A model generated the notes under the pieces. It was not told where the DNA came from. It made no database searches and worked only from the letters and a program-made list of their open reading frames with translations. The position numbers and the translations under genes were made by a program. 64,000 bases of DNA from an uncultured Actinomycetes bacterium (GTDB lineage: Bacteria > Actinomycetota > UBA4738 > HRBIN12), in the NCBI GenBank assembly GCA_963727185.1, contig CAVSFP010000006.1:346005-410004 (forward strand), written 5' to 3'. Shown here one piece after another: positions 8,268-17,619 of the stretch. Within the stretch, counting starts at the first letter, position 1; every line of letters starts with the position of its first letter.

Positions 8268-9986
8268 ATGGCGCGCGAAGCCAGGGATCTCGTGCAAGCT
8301 CACGAGGACAAGTTCGACGACGTCGAGGCGCTGGCGGCTGCCTCCGCCGACATGATCACCGTCGCCACCGCCGAGGGCGTCTATCGTTACGTCTCTCCCG
8401 CGGCCCGGCGATTGTTCCGTTGGGATCCGGACGAGCTCAGGGGGCGCCACCAGGAGCAGTTCGTACACCCCGACGACGTCCAGGCGATGCGGGCTGCCGG
8501 GGATCTGAGCCTCATCAGCGACGGCTTCTACACCATGACGTACCGGTTCCGGTGCGGCGACGGCGCCTACCGGTGGATCGAAGCGACGTACCACCGGGTC
8601 GAATCCGCCGGAGGGTCCTTCGTCGTCGGATCCGTGCGCGACATCGCGGAGCGCAAAGAGGCGGATGTTCTCCTGCAGCACCGGGCGTCAACCGACCCGC
8701 TCACAGGGGTCGCCAACCGCAACGTGCTGATGGACCGGCTGCAGCACGCGCTCTACCGGCTCGATCGCGCTCCCGGCATCCTGGCGGTGCTGTTCCTGGA
8801 CCTCGACCGGTTCAAGGTCATCAACGATTCCTTGGGGCATCTCGTCGGCGACGGGGTCCTCATGGCGATGGCGGAGCGCCTCCTGCAATTCATCCGTCCA
8901 TCGGACACCCTCGCTCGTCTCGGGGGAGACGAGTTCGTGATCGTCGCGGAGGACCTGACCGATGAGCGTGAGGCGGTCACGTTGGGGGAGCGGATCGCCG
9001 AGGCCGGCCGGCAGCCCTTCCGGATCGGCACGGAGGAATTCGTCTGCACCGTGAGCGTCGGGATAGCAACAACCTCCGACGCCCACCACGTCCCGGACAG
9101 CCTCCTGCAAGAGGCCGACCTCGCGCTGTACCGGGCGAAGGATCGGGGGAGGGACCGGGCGGAGGTCTTCGATGAGGACCTGCGGACGACGGCGGTCGGG
9201 CGGCTCGGCACGGAGCGGATGCTGCGACGCGCGATCGACGAGGAGCGCCTGGGTGTCCGCTACCAGCCGATCATCGACCTGCGCACCGGTCGCGTCGTGA
9301 GCGTCGAGGCGCTCGTGCGGATCCTCGATCCGGAGCTGGGCGTCATAGAGCCCGAGTCGTTCCTGACCGTGGCGGAGGAGACCGGGCTGCTGGCCACCAT
9401 GGACGAATGGGTCTTCGGCCGGGCGCTCGAGGAGGCGACCGGCTGGACCGACCGGTTGGGGGCGACCGATTCCCCCGGCTTGAACCTCAACGTCACGTCG
9501 CGCCGCGTGGCCGACGCGTCGTTCTACGACGCCATCACGGGCGCGCTCGACTCGAGGGGTCTGTCACGCAACAGCATGCAGGTGGAGGTCACCGAGCGCG
9601 TGCTCATGGAGGCGTCCAATTCGGCGTTGGGGGGATTGCGGGCACTGCGCGACGGAGGGATCCGAGTGGGACTGGACGACTTCGGAACGGGGTTCTCGTC
9701 GCTCGCCTACCTGCGGCAGTTCCCGCTGGACTTCGTCAAGATCGACCGGTCCTTCATCCACGGGCTCGATCGCGGGTCGGGAGAGGACGCGATCGTCAAC
9801 GCGATCATCGGTCTCGCCCACGCGTTCGGGCTGGAGGTCATCGCGGAGGGTGTCGAAATCCCCGCCCAGCTCGAGTTCCTCACCGAACTCGGCTGCGACC
9901 AGGCCCAGGGCTTCCTCCTCGCCAAGCCCGGCGCCCCGGACGCCGTGGACGAGCTGGTCCTGGCCGGCGGGTACCGCCAGAACTGA
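8268..9986 (+). CDS. PAS-GGDEF-EAL signalling protein (c-di-GMP turnover)
   Basis: PAS (ITVATAEGVYRYVSPAARRLFRWDPDELRGRHQEQFVHPDD). GGDEF with intact RLGGDEFVIV. EAL domain with EALVR and DDFGTGFSSLAYL. Start taken at ATG 8268; ORF upstream part unconvincing. Confidence 0.85.
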   Translation: MAREARDLVQAHEDKFDDVEALAAASADMITVATAEGVYRYVSPAARRLFRWDPDELRGRHQEQFVHPDDVQAMRAAGDLSLISDGFYTMTYRFRCGDGAYRWIEATYHRVESAGGSFVVGSVRDIAERKEADVLLQHRASTDPLTGVANRNVLMDRLQHALYRLDRAPGILAVLFLDLDRFKVINDSLGHLVGDGVLMAMAERLLQFIRPSDTLARLGGDEFVIVAEDLTDEREAVTLGERIAEAGRQPFRIGTEEFVCTVSVGIATTSDAHHVPDSLLQEADLALYRAKDRGRDRAEVFDEDLRTTAVGRLGTERMLRRAIDEERLGVRYQPIIDLRTGRVVSVEALVRILDPELGVIEPESFLTVAEETGLLATMDEWVFGRALEEATGWTDRLGATDSPGLNLNVTSRRVADASFYDAITGALDSRGLSRNSMQVEVTERVLMEASNSALGGLRALRDGGIRVGLDDFGTGFSSLAYLRQFPLDFVKIDRSFIHGLDRGSGEDAIVNAIIGLAHAFGLEVIAEGVEIPAQLEFLTELGCDQAQGFLLAKPGAPDAVDELVLAGGYRQN

Positions 9987-10065
9987 GGCCGACCGCTCAA
10001 TCCGGTTCCACACACCCAGCCATTCCGATACGGGGGAGTTGCGGAATCCGGCGCGCGCCGGTATC

Positions 10066-10095
10066 CTTTCCGAAACGTTGCCGTAGCGGAAAGGA
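10066..10095 (+). promoter_or_regulatory. palindromic candidate operator upstream of MFS-TetR operon
   Basis: CCTTTCCGaaacgttgccgtagCGGAAAGG: 8-bp perfect inverted repeat arms (CCTTTCCG/CGGAAAGG) flanking a 14-nt spacer, immediately 5' of the MFS start (10104). Confidence 0.35.
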
Positions 10096-10103
10096 CCTCC
10101 CCC

Positions 10104-11678
10104 ATGGAACATGCCGAAGGGTACGAGCGGAGATGGTGGATCCTTGGGGTCCTCTGTACCAGCTTGCTGGTGATCGGACTCGACAACACCATCTTGAACG
10201 TTGCATTGCCCACGCTCGTCCGTGACCTCCACGCGTCCACGAGCCAATTGCAGTGGCTGGTCGATGCCTACGTCCTGGTCTTCGCGGGGTTGCTCCTCAC
10301 GACCGGGAGCCTCTCCGACCGATACGGGCGCCGCTACGCGCTCGCGGCCGGGCTCGTCGTCTTCGGTATCGGCTCCGTCCTCTCCGCGTTCGCGGGATCG
10401 GCGAACACGCTGATCTCCACGAGGGCGCTCATGGGGATCGGCGGCGCACTGATCATGCCCTCGACGTTGTCGATCCTCACGAACGTCTTCCCCGCCGAAG
10501 AACGCGGTCGGGCGATCGGGATCTGGGCGGGCGTTTCCGGCCTGGGCATCGCGATCGGTCCGATCGTCGGTGGGTGGTTGCTCAGTCACTTCTGGTGGGG
10601 CTCCGTGTTCCTGGTGAACGTTCCCGTCGTGATCTTCGCGCTCATCGCGGGCCGGCTGATCGTGCCGAACTCGAAGGACCCGTCGCCGAACGCCCTTGAC
10701 CCCGTTGGCGCCGTCCTATCGATCGTCGGACTCGTGAGCCTGGTGTACGGGATCATCGAGGCGCCGTCGCACGGATGGACCTCAACTCAGACGCTCTGGA
10801 CGTTCGGAGCCGCGGTCGTCGTCCTGATCGCGTTCGTGGTGTGGGAACTGCGGAGCGACCATCCCATGTTGGACGTCACGTTCTTCGAGAACCGTCGTTT
10901 CACGGCCGCCAACATCTCGATCGTCCTCGTCTTCTTCGCGCTCTTCGGCTCGTTGTTCTTCCTGACCCAGTACCTGCAGTTCGTGCTCGGATACAGCGCG
11001 CTGCAGGCGGGGATCCGCGTGGCGCCGCTCGCACTTGTCCTGATGATCGGGGCTCCGATCGCCGGCAGGCTGACCGCCCGGTTCGGGAACAAGGTGCTGG
11101 TGGCGACGGGGATGGGGACCGTCGCGGTCGGGCTCTGGTACATGGGGACGCTGAGCGTGACGTCGGGCTACGGGCACGTCGTGATCGCGCTCTTGATCCT
11201 GGGTCTCGGGATGGGAACGGCGATGGTCCCCGCGACGGAGTCGATCATGGGCTCCCTGCCGCTCGCCAAGGCCGGGGTCGGTTCGGCGATGAACGACACG
11301 ACGCGGCAGATAGGAGGCGCGCTCGGTGTCGCGATCCTTGGCAGCATCTTCGCCTCCTCGTACGCCACACATATCGCGTCGTCGCTCGCCGGCCTGCCCG
11401 CGTCCTCCATCGCCGCAGCGACGAGCTCGGTCGGCGCCGCTCTCGCGATCGGCGCGAAGATCGGCGGTGTGCACGGAGCGGCGATCACCCTGGCTGCGAA
11501 GACATCGTTCATCGACGCGATGGATCGCGGCCTGGTGGTCGGCGCGACGATCGCACTGTTGGGCGCGATGGTCGCGTTGATCTGGTTGCCCAACCGCCCG
11601 GCGGACGTCGAGGCGATCGAGCTGCACGTCGCCCGTCGTGAGGGCGAGCTCGCCGCCGTCGCCGAGCGTGTCGAGTGA
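10104..11678 (+). CDS. MFS transporter, DHA2 (EmrB/QacA, 14-TMS) drug:H+ antiporter family
   Basis: 524 aa, 14 hydrophobic segments. Motifs GLDNTILNVALP, LTTGSLSDRYGRR (motif A/B region). Confidence 0.85.
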   Translation: MEHAEGYERRWWILGVLCTSLLVIGLDNTILNVALPTLVRDLHASTSQLQWLVDAYVLVFAGLLLTTGSLSDRYGRRYALAAGLVVFGIGSVLSAFAGSANTLISTRALMGIGGALIMPSTLSILTNVFPAEERGRAIGIWAGVSGLGIAIGPIVGGWLLSHFWWGSVFLVNVPVVIFALIAGRLIVPNSKDPSPNALDPVGAVLSIVGLVSLVYGIIEAPSHGWTSTQTLWTFGAAVVVLIAFVVWELRSDHPMLDVTFFENRRFTAANISIVLVFFALFGSLFFLTQYLQFVLGYSALQAGIRVAPLALVLMIGAPIAGRLTARFGNKVLVATGMGTVAVGLWYMGTLSVTSGYGHVVIALLILGLGMGTAMVPATESIMGSLPLAKAGVGSAMNDTTRQIGGALGVAILGSIFASSYATHIASSLAGLPASSIAAATSSVGAALAIGAKIGGVHGAAITLAAKTSFIDAMDRGLVVGATIALLGAMVALIWLPNRPADVEAIELHVARREGELAAVAERVE

Positions 11679-12298
11679 TCGGTCCGACTCCTGCCGCGCC
11701 CGTCGTGGCTCGCGCCGTCGGCCGGCCTCGCGACCCGGAGGCCGACCGTGCGATCCTCGAGGCGACGATCGAGCTCCTGGCCGAAGAGGGGTTCGGCGGC
11801 CTGTCGATCGAGGCCGTCGCGGCGCGCGCGGGCGTCGGCAAGACCACCGTCTATCGGCGTTGGCCGTCGAAGATCCCTCTCGTGGTCGATGCGCTCACGC
11901 ACCTGAAGATGCCGGCTTCCGTCGTCATCACCGGCGATATGTCGACCCGCGACGCGCTCGTGCGCGCGCTGTCGGAGGGGATCCGAGCCCATCTGAACGA
12001 GCCCACCGATCGGATCCTCGCAGGCATCATCGGCGCGATGTCCCAGGATCCCGAACTCGCCGATGCGGTTCGATCGGGGTTGTTGTCGAAGCGGCGAGAC
12101 GACGTGTTCGCGCTGATCGAGCGCGGGAAGGCGCGAGGCGAGGTCCGACCGGACGCGGACGTAGAGGTCATCGCGGATCTTCTCGGCGGCCCGATCGTGA
12201 TGCGGCGGATGATCACCGGCCGGCCGGTGAACGCGCGGTTCGTGCGGCAGATCGTGACGACCGTGCTCGACGGCGTCGCCCCTCCGCCGCGCGGGTGA
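11675..12298 (+). CDS. TetR family transcriptional regulator (likely regulator of upstream MFS pump)
   Basis: HTH LSIEAVAARAGVGKTTVYRRWPSK. ATGA overlap with MFS stop. Confidence 0.8.
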   Translation: MIGPTPAAPVVARAVGRPRDPEADRAILEATIELLAEEGFGGLSIEAVAARAGVGKTTVYRRWPSKIPLVVDALTHLKMPASVVITGDMSTRDALVRALSEGIRAHLNEPTDRILAGIIGAMSQDPELADAVRSGLLSKRRDDVFALIERGKARGEVRPDADVEVIADLLGGPIVMRRMITGRPVNARFVRQIVTTVLDGVAPPPRG

Positions 12299-12777
12299 CG
12301 GCTTCGGCGGGCCACGTCCGGCTTCGAGAGGTGTCCGAGGACGACCTGCCGATCTTCTTCGAGCAGCAGAACGATCCTGTCGCGAGCCGCATGGCGGCGG
12401 TCCCGCCGCGCGATCGCGACGCGTTCATGGAGCATTGGGCCACGAACGTGCTCGGCAACGACGCCGGGCGCGTGCAGGCGATCGTCGCCGACGATCGCGT
12501 CGTGGGAAACATCCTGAGCTTCGAGCGATCCGGCGAACTCCAGGTGGGCTACTGGATCGGGCAGGAACATCGGGGGAAGGGGATCGCCAGCCGCGCGCTG
12601 TCGCTCTTCCTGTCGGACGTGGAGACGCGTCGTCCGCTCCACGCACACGCGGTGCGCGACAACGCCGGCTCGCTCAGGGTGTTAGAGAAATGCGGGTTCC
12701 GGATCGTTGGCGGGGGGCTCGTGATGGAAGACGGCCGGGCGATCGACGAGGTCACCCTTCGGCTCGACCCTGCCTGA
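12295..12777 (+). CDS. GNAT family N-acetyltransferase
   Basis: GTG start overlapping TetR stop (GTGA). C-terminal GNAT motifs (QVGYWIGQEHRGKGIASRAL...VRDNAGSLRVLEKCGF). The annotated ORF 11638..12777 is an out-of-frame fusion artefact upstream. Confidence 0.7.
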   Translation: MTASAGHVRLREVSEDDLPIFFEQQNDPVASRMAAVPPRDRDAFMEHWATNVLGNDAGRVQAIVADDRVVGNILSFERSGELQVGYWIGQEHRGKGIASRALSLFLSDVETRRPLHAHAVRDNAGSLRVLEKCGFRIVGGGLVMEDGRAIDEVTLRLDPA

Positions 12778-12796
12778 CGAACGCCCCGACTTCGCG

Positions 12797-13261
12797 CTAC
12801 GACGTGAACGACCACGCCGGCAGGCCGCCGAGCACGAGCATCATCGCCTGTGTGAACACGACGACGATGGCCAACCCGATCCCGGCGAACAGGAACTTGC
12901 GGATCATCCAACGCTCCGGATGGATGCGGACCGCGAATGTCGAGAGCGCGACGATGGTCGCAGCCAGGACGATCAGCGTTGCGAGGAACGCGCGCGGCGC
13001 CCACTCCCCGGGCTGTCGCGCCGCGATCACGATGACGCGGATCGCCGGATAGGCCAACAAGAACGAGAGCCACACGAAGCCGAACGCCAAGACGCCGAGC
13101 GCGGGCTCGGACCCATCTCCCCCGTGGCGGCGGCGGATGGCCCGCATCCCCAGCAGCGTGGCCGCGGGAAGCGTGGCGCACATGGAGACGAACCCCAGCG
13201 CGGCCAGCGCGACCGCCCAGGTCGCCTCTCGCTCGACGAACGGCCGAAGTCGACGGGCCAT
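12797..13261 (-). CDS. hypothetical integral membrane protein (4 TM)
   Basis: Start at internal ATG (MARRLRPFVEREATWAVALAALGFVSMCATL...). Multiple hydrophobic helices; no family. Confidence 0.45.
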   Translation of the reverse strand: MARRLRPFVEREATWAVALAALGFVSMCATLPAATLLGMRAIRRRHGGDGSEPALGVLAFGFVWLSFLLAYPAIRVIVIAARQPGEWAPRAFLATLIVLAATIVALSTFAVRIHPERWMIRKFLFAGIGLAIVVVFTQAMMLVLGGLPAWSFTS

Positions 13262-13325
13262 GGCCCACAACGTAGCGGCTGGCGCCGACGCCGGGAACGG
13301 GAAGGCAAGGATGTGAAAGGTTCGA

Positions 13326-13965
13326 TCAGCGACGCCACATATCCACATCGCCCACCGGCGTCAGCTCGCCCGAGGGTTTGGCGGTCGAGCGGACCCGTTC
13401 GGCGGCAGCGGCGCGGCGGCTCTCCGTCATGTTCCGCACGAGGGCGAACACGATCAGGCTCACGGCGGCGAACCAGGTGATGATCCCGATCGTCCGGACG
13501 TGCGCCGAGAGTCGGTCGGCGAGGTAGAGCTTGTCGAAGTGCTCGGGCCCCAGGATCTTGGACCAGTCGCCGAGGCCGTCGGAGGCGCCCATCAACATCA
13601 GATCGCCGCGCGGCGCGTCGTAGATGTAGCGTGCGCCGTCGCACATGGCGTTCGCGGCCCATGCCCAGCAGATGCCCCACGCGATCAGGTCGCGCTTCCA
13701 GATCGCGAACACGATCCCCGACGATGAGGGGGAACAGGATCTGGGTGCCCGTCCCCATGATCAGCATGATGAGGTTGCCGAACGGGGAGAAGATCTTGTG
13801 CCCCACCTCGTGGACCGCGATGTCCAGGAAGACGAGCACGGGAACCTGGGTGTTCTTCACGATGGCGAACCACCCGTAGATCGCGCACACGCCGAGGGCG
13901 CCGACGGCCTTGAGGGCATCCAGTCGGCGTTGGACGTCGTCGGGGAGCTGGACGGACTCCGCCAT
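13326..13965 (-). pseudogene. membrane HExxH (M50-like) putative metalloprotease, frameshifted
   Basis: N-terminal part (ORF 13027..13965 frame: ...DIAVHEVGHKIFSPFGNLIMLIMGTGTQILFPLIVG) and C-terminal part (ORF 13326..13712 frame: FAIWKRDLIAWGICWAWAAN...) join into one hydrophobic protein if one base is removed within the CCCC/GGGGG runs at 13712-13730. Confidence 0.5.
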
Positions 13966-14024
13966 GGTTCAGATATCGGCGAGACGACGGGGAACGTGAG
14001 CGTCGGCCGGACAAGTCGGGGCCC

Positions 14025-14562
14025 CTAGCTGTGGACGGCGCTCCGTTCGCGAGGCTGGAGCGATGCCGCGAAGCACCAGGCCACGCCCAGGTAGACGCAC
14101 AGGTCGCCCACGCTGACCGCGACGCCGATCGGTTCAGGCACGACGATCGAGTCGCCCAATACCAGCAGCACCGTGGTGTCGTCGGCGAGGTGGTGTTTGC
14201 GATCCGCCGTGGTGCTGGAGATCGGAGAGCGTCGACTCCTGACCCGATCGGACGAGCGCCTGGCGGGCGACCGGCATGCCGTGATTCGCGACGATGACGA
14301 TCGCGTTCAGCAGCAGACCGGTGAATATCAGGATGAAGCCCGGCGCGCGGAAGTTCAGCAACGCGAACGCGATCAGCAACACGAACGATGCCGTCAAGGA
14401 CCAGGATCCCGCGCTCCCCGTGAGCGGCAGGAACTGCAGGACGACGCCCACGATCGCGAGCGACCACCAGCCGAGCGGGATCGACGGGAAGTTCCGGAAG
14501 CTGCCGCCTGCCAACAGACCCACGATCATGGCGCCGAGGATCGTGATGACGATCAGCGTCAC
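14025..14562 (-). pseudogene. DUF5317-family membrane protein, frameshifted (paralog of 62102..62650)
   Basis: GTG start 14560-14562 overlapping larC stop. N-terminal two thirds (VTLIVITILGAMIVGLLAGGSFRNFPS...NAIVIVANHGMPV) aligns with the 62102..62650 protein. After HHGG the homologous C-terminus (KHHLADDTTVLLVLGDSIVVPEPIGVAVSVGDLCVYLG...) continues in the -1 frame to a TAG at 14025-14027. Indel near 14195-14210. Confidence 0.55.
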
Positions 14563-15749
14563 TCGCCGATCGCCTCTCGTGCCAGGCGCGTCGCTTCCTC
14601 GTAGACCTCTCGCGCGGGGACGCCGGCCTCCCGAGCGACCTTGACGCAATCCTCGAACTCGGGCGCAACCGTGACGGCGTTGCCTTCGAGACGACCGATC
14701 TTCACGCGGACCAACCCGTTCCGCGTGGCGACCTCGACCCATTCGCGCTCGAGCGCCTGCTTGTCCACGGCGGACGAACGGATGCCGAGGGTTCCGGTCT
14801 CTCGGAAGAGCACCTGGCGGATCGCTTCCTCCCGCGATTGAGAGGCCAGCACGCTGATCGTGACGGCGGGTCGTCCCTTCTTCATCACGATCGGGGTGAG
14901 CCACGCGTCCTGGGCGCCGGCCGCGAACAGGCGCTCGAGGACGTAGGCGTAGAGCTCGGGGTTGAGGTCGTCGACGTTGGTCTCGAGCACGAGCTCGCTC
15001 CCCTGCACCGTCTCGGAAGCGGCGTTCGCCGAAGGGTCCGCCTCGCCGACCACGACCCGAACCACGTTGGGGAAGTCCAACCGCGCGCTGCCGGCGCCGT
15101 ATCCGACGTGCTCGATCCGCATGTGCGGGATCTCGCCGAACCCCTCCACGAGCGCGGCGAGGATCGCCGCGCCGGTCGGCGTGACGAGCTCGACCGAGAC
15201 GTTGCGCGAATAGATCGGTGCGCCGCGCAGGAGCTCCATCACCGCCGGTGCGGGGATCGGCAGGAGTCCGTGCTCCGTCTTGACCATCCCCATCCCGGTC
15301 GGCACCGCCGAGGCGAACACCCGGTCTACCTTCAACGACGCGAGCGCGAGCGACGTGCCGACGATGTCGACGATGGAGTCGACGGCGCCCACCTCGTGGA
15401 ACGTCACCTGGTCGAGATCGCGACGATGCACCATGGCCTCGGCCTCGGCGAGTCGCCGGAAGATACGCTGCGCCATCGCCTTGGCATCGAGCGGCATCTC
15501 CGCCATGTCGAGAAGCGACCGGACGCTCGCGTAGGTTCGGATCAAGCCGTCGGTCGACGTGCGCACGTTGACCTTGGTCGCGCGGATCCCTCCGCTCTCC
15601 ACCTGTTCGACGTCGAGCTCGAACGACTCGACCGGGAGTCCCTCGAGACCCTTACGGATCGGCTCCAGGTCGGCGCCCGCATCGATCAGGGCGCCGAGGG
15701 CCATGTCGCCGGAGATCCCGGCGATGCAATCGAAGTACAGCAGCCTCAT
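14559..15749 (-). CDS. larC: nickel-pincer cofactor biosynthesis protein LarC (DUF111 nickel insertion protein)
   Basis: MRLLYFDCIAGISGDMALGALIDAGADLEP N-terminus and overall DUF111/LarC architecture. Start at internal ATG; ATGA overlap with larB stop. Confidence 0.8.
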   Translation of the reverse strand: MRLLYFDCIAGISGDMALGALIDAGADLEPIRKGLEGLPVESFELDVEQVESGGIRATKVNVRTSTDGLIRTYASVRSLLDMAEMPLDAKAMAQRIFRRLAEAEAMVHRRDLDQVTFHEVGAVDSIVDIVGTSLALASLKVDRVFASAVPTGMGMVKTEHGLLPIPAPAVMELLRGAPIYSRNVSVELVTPTGAAILAALVEGFGEIPHMRIEHVGYGAGSARLDFPNVVRVVVGEADPSANAASETVQGSELVLETNVDDLNPELYAYVLERLFAAGAQDAWLTPIVMKKGRPAVTISVLASQSREEAIRQVLFRETGTLGIRSSAVDKQALEREWVEVATRNGLVRVKIGRLEGNAVTVAPEFEDCVKVAREAGVPAREVYEEATRLAREAIGE

Positions 15750-16543
15750 CCGTCGGCCCGCGTCGTCGCGCGAACGATCCGATGGGCGACCTGCGCCGCG
15801 CCGAACCCGTTGTCGATGTTCACGACGGCGACCCCTGGGGCGCACGACGCGAGCATCGTCAGCAGGGCAGACAGCCCTTCGAAGGATGCGCCGTACCCCA
15901 CGCTGGTCGGAACGGCGACGATCGGTGTGGAGATGAGCCCCGCCACGACTGACGGGAGCGCGCCTTCCATCCCGGCGACGACGATCACGCAGTCGACCGC
16001 CTCGAGCGCGGCTCGGTGCTCGAGGATCCGGTGGACGCCGGCGACGCCCACGTCGGTGATCCGCTCGACGGTGGCTCCGGTCGCCTCGACGGTGACCGAG
16101 GCTTCCTCAGCCACCGGCAGGTCGGATGTTCCGGCAGCCACGACGGCGACCGTCGCGTCCACCGGCCGGTCGGCGGCCTTCACGACGACCAGCCGAGCCG
16201 TTTCGTGGTACCGCGCACCGGGAACCGCGTCGATCGCGGCCGCCGCCTGCTCAGGCGTCGCCCGCGTGAGCAGAACGGCTCCGTTCGAGCGCGCCGCCAA
16301 TGCGGCCGTGATCTCGCGGATCTGGTCGACGGACTTCCCGGGGCCGTAGATCGCCTCTGGATGACCGGTGCGGAGCTCTCGGTGGTGATCGACGCGCGCA
16401 TCCGTCACCGTCTCGTACGGCAGGATCCGGAGCGCCTCCACGGCGTCTTCGACGGGGGTCGTGCCGGCGGCGACGTCGTCGAGCAGCCGAGCCAGGGTTC
16501 GTTCGTCCACGAGGGGCCCCATCGTATACTCAGGAAGCCCCAC
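15746..16543 (-). CDS. larB: nickel-pincer cofactor biosynthesis protein LarB (PurE-like AIR carboxylase family)
   Basis: PurE-fold motifs (VVAGMEGALPSVVAGL; VAVPTSVGYG) with the LarB-type N-terminal extension. Confidence 0.8.
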   Translation of the reverse strand: MGLPEYTMGPLVDERTLARLLDDVAAGTTPVEDAVEALRILPYETVTDARVDHHRELRTGHPEAIYGPGKSVDQIREITAALAARSNGAVLLTRATPEQAAAAIDAVPGARYHETARLVVVKAADRPVDATVAVVAAGTSDLPVAEEASVTVEATGATVERITDVGVAGVHRILEHRAALEAVDCVIVVAGMEGALPSVVAGLISTPIVAVPTSVGYGASFEGLSALLTMLASCAPGVAVVNIDNGFGAAQVAHRIVRATTRADG

Positions 16544-16558
16544 CGAACCCGCAGGTAG

Positions 16559-17089
16559 ATGCCCGTTTCAGCGACCCGGGAGTCCGGTTTGACCTTCTCG
16601 GACCACACGAACACGCTGTTGGTATTGGTCGCGCTCGGCCTGGGCGCGCTCGGCGTCGTCTTCGCGATATTCGCGACCGGTGGTCGATCTCGTCACCGCG
16701 AGCCCGGCGGACCCATCCGATTGGACGACGCCCTGCGAGGTGTGCTGGACGGTCAGGCCAAGAAGATAGAACGGTTGGAGCAGGCGGTGCGGACGCTCAA
16801 CAAGACGGACAAGCATCAGCAAGGGCAGATCGAGGGCAGCGTTCGCCACGTCGCCCTGTTGCGCTACGACGCGTTCGAGGATGTGGGCGGTCGCCTCTCG
16901 TTCTCATGCGCCATGCTCGACGACCACGGCACCGGCGTGGTACTCACCTCCATCAACGGTCGCCAGGAGACGCGTGTCTACGCGAAGCCGATCACGGACG
17001 GACGCAGCAGCTACAACCTCTCCTCGGAAGAGGACGAGGCCATCCGGCAGGCGCTCGCAGCGCCGGTCGAGGCGGTGGAGGCCCGATGA
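16559..17089 (+). CDS. DUF4446-family protein (N-terminal TM anchor)
   Basis: TM segment LLVLVALGLGALGVVFAIFA then conserved LLRYDAFEDVGGRLSFSCAMLDDHGTGVVLTSINGRQETRVYAKPI. Recalled as DUF4446; family assignment from memory. Confidence 0.55.
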   Translation: MPVSATRESGLTFSDHTNTLLVLVALGLGALGVVFAIFATGGRSRHREPGGPIRLDDALRGVLDGQAKKIERLEQAVRTLNKTDKHQQGQIEGSVRHVALLRYDAFEDVGGRLSFSCAMLDDHGTGVVLTSINGRQETRVYAKPITDGRSSYNLSSEEDEAIRQALAAPVEAVEAR

Positions 17090-17619
17090 TCTTCAAGAAG
17101 GACGAGGCCGACGAGATCCAGCAGGACGACGTGGAAGCGGCGATGCCACCCAGGCCGGAATCAGGAGAACGCCCACAGAAGGGAAAGGAGACGCAGATGG
17201 CGGAGAACGGTGAGGTCACGGTCGTCGGCGTCGGAGCGCGACTGGATGGGAACGTCGTTTCCGCAGGGAGCCTGCGGATCGACGGGCAGGTGAAGGGCCA
17301 GATCAATGCCGACGGCGACGTCACGCTCTCACCGCAGAGCCAGGTCGAAGCCGACATCCGCGCGCAGAACGTCACGGTGGCCGGTCGCTTCAAGGGCAAT
17401 ATCGCCGTGAAGGGAAAGGCGCACCTCGCCCGGGGTGGACGCGTCGACGGCAACATCACGTCGAAGTCGCTCGTCGTCGAAGAGGGCGGCATCTTCCACG
17501 GGCAGAGCATCATGGACGGGGCCGCCACGGGCGCCTCGTCCGGTCAGGCCGGCTCGCAGGCACAGCCCGCGAACGCCGCCGCGACGACCGAGAAGACGGA
17601 GCAAGTGAAGGTGCCGTAG
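17086..17619 (+). CDS. bactofilin family cytoskeletal protein
   Basis: Start ATG 17086 (ATGA overlap with preceding gene). Repeated beta-helical G-rich repeats (GNVVSAGSLRIDGQVKGQINADGDVTL...GRFKGNIAVKGKAHLARGGRVDGNITSKSLVVEEGGIFHGQS) typical of bactofilin/DUF583. Confidence 0.75.
   Translation: MIFKKDEADEIQQDDVEAAMPPRPESGERPQKGKETQMAENGEVTVVGVGARLDGNVVSAGSLRIDGQVKGQINADGDVTLSPQSQVEADIRAQNVTVAGRFKGNIAVKGKAHLARGGRVDGNITSKSLVVEEGGIFHGQSIMDGAATGASSGQAGSQAQPANAAATTEKTEQVKVP

Noticed and set aside
9564-10589. 341-aa minus ORF
   Set aside because: Antisense to GGDEF-EAL end and MFS start. Asp/Arg/Glu low complexity.
10775-11641. Overlapping ORFs inside the MFS gene on both strands
   Set aside because: Alternative frames of a well-supported 14-TM transporter gene. 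Arg/Asp-rich.
13685-14668. 327-aa minus ORF
   Set aside because: Spans parts of the HExxH gene, DUF5317 gene and larC end in a wrong frame. Arg/Pro-rich with no domain.
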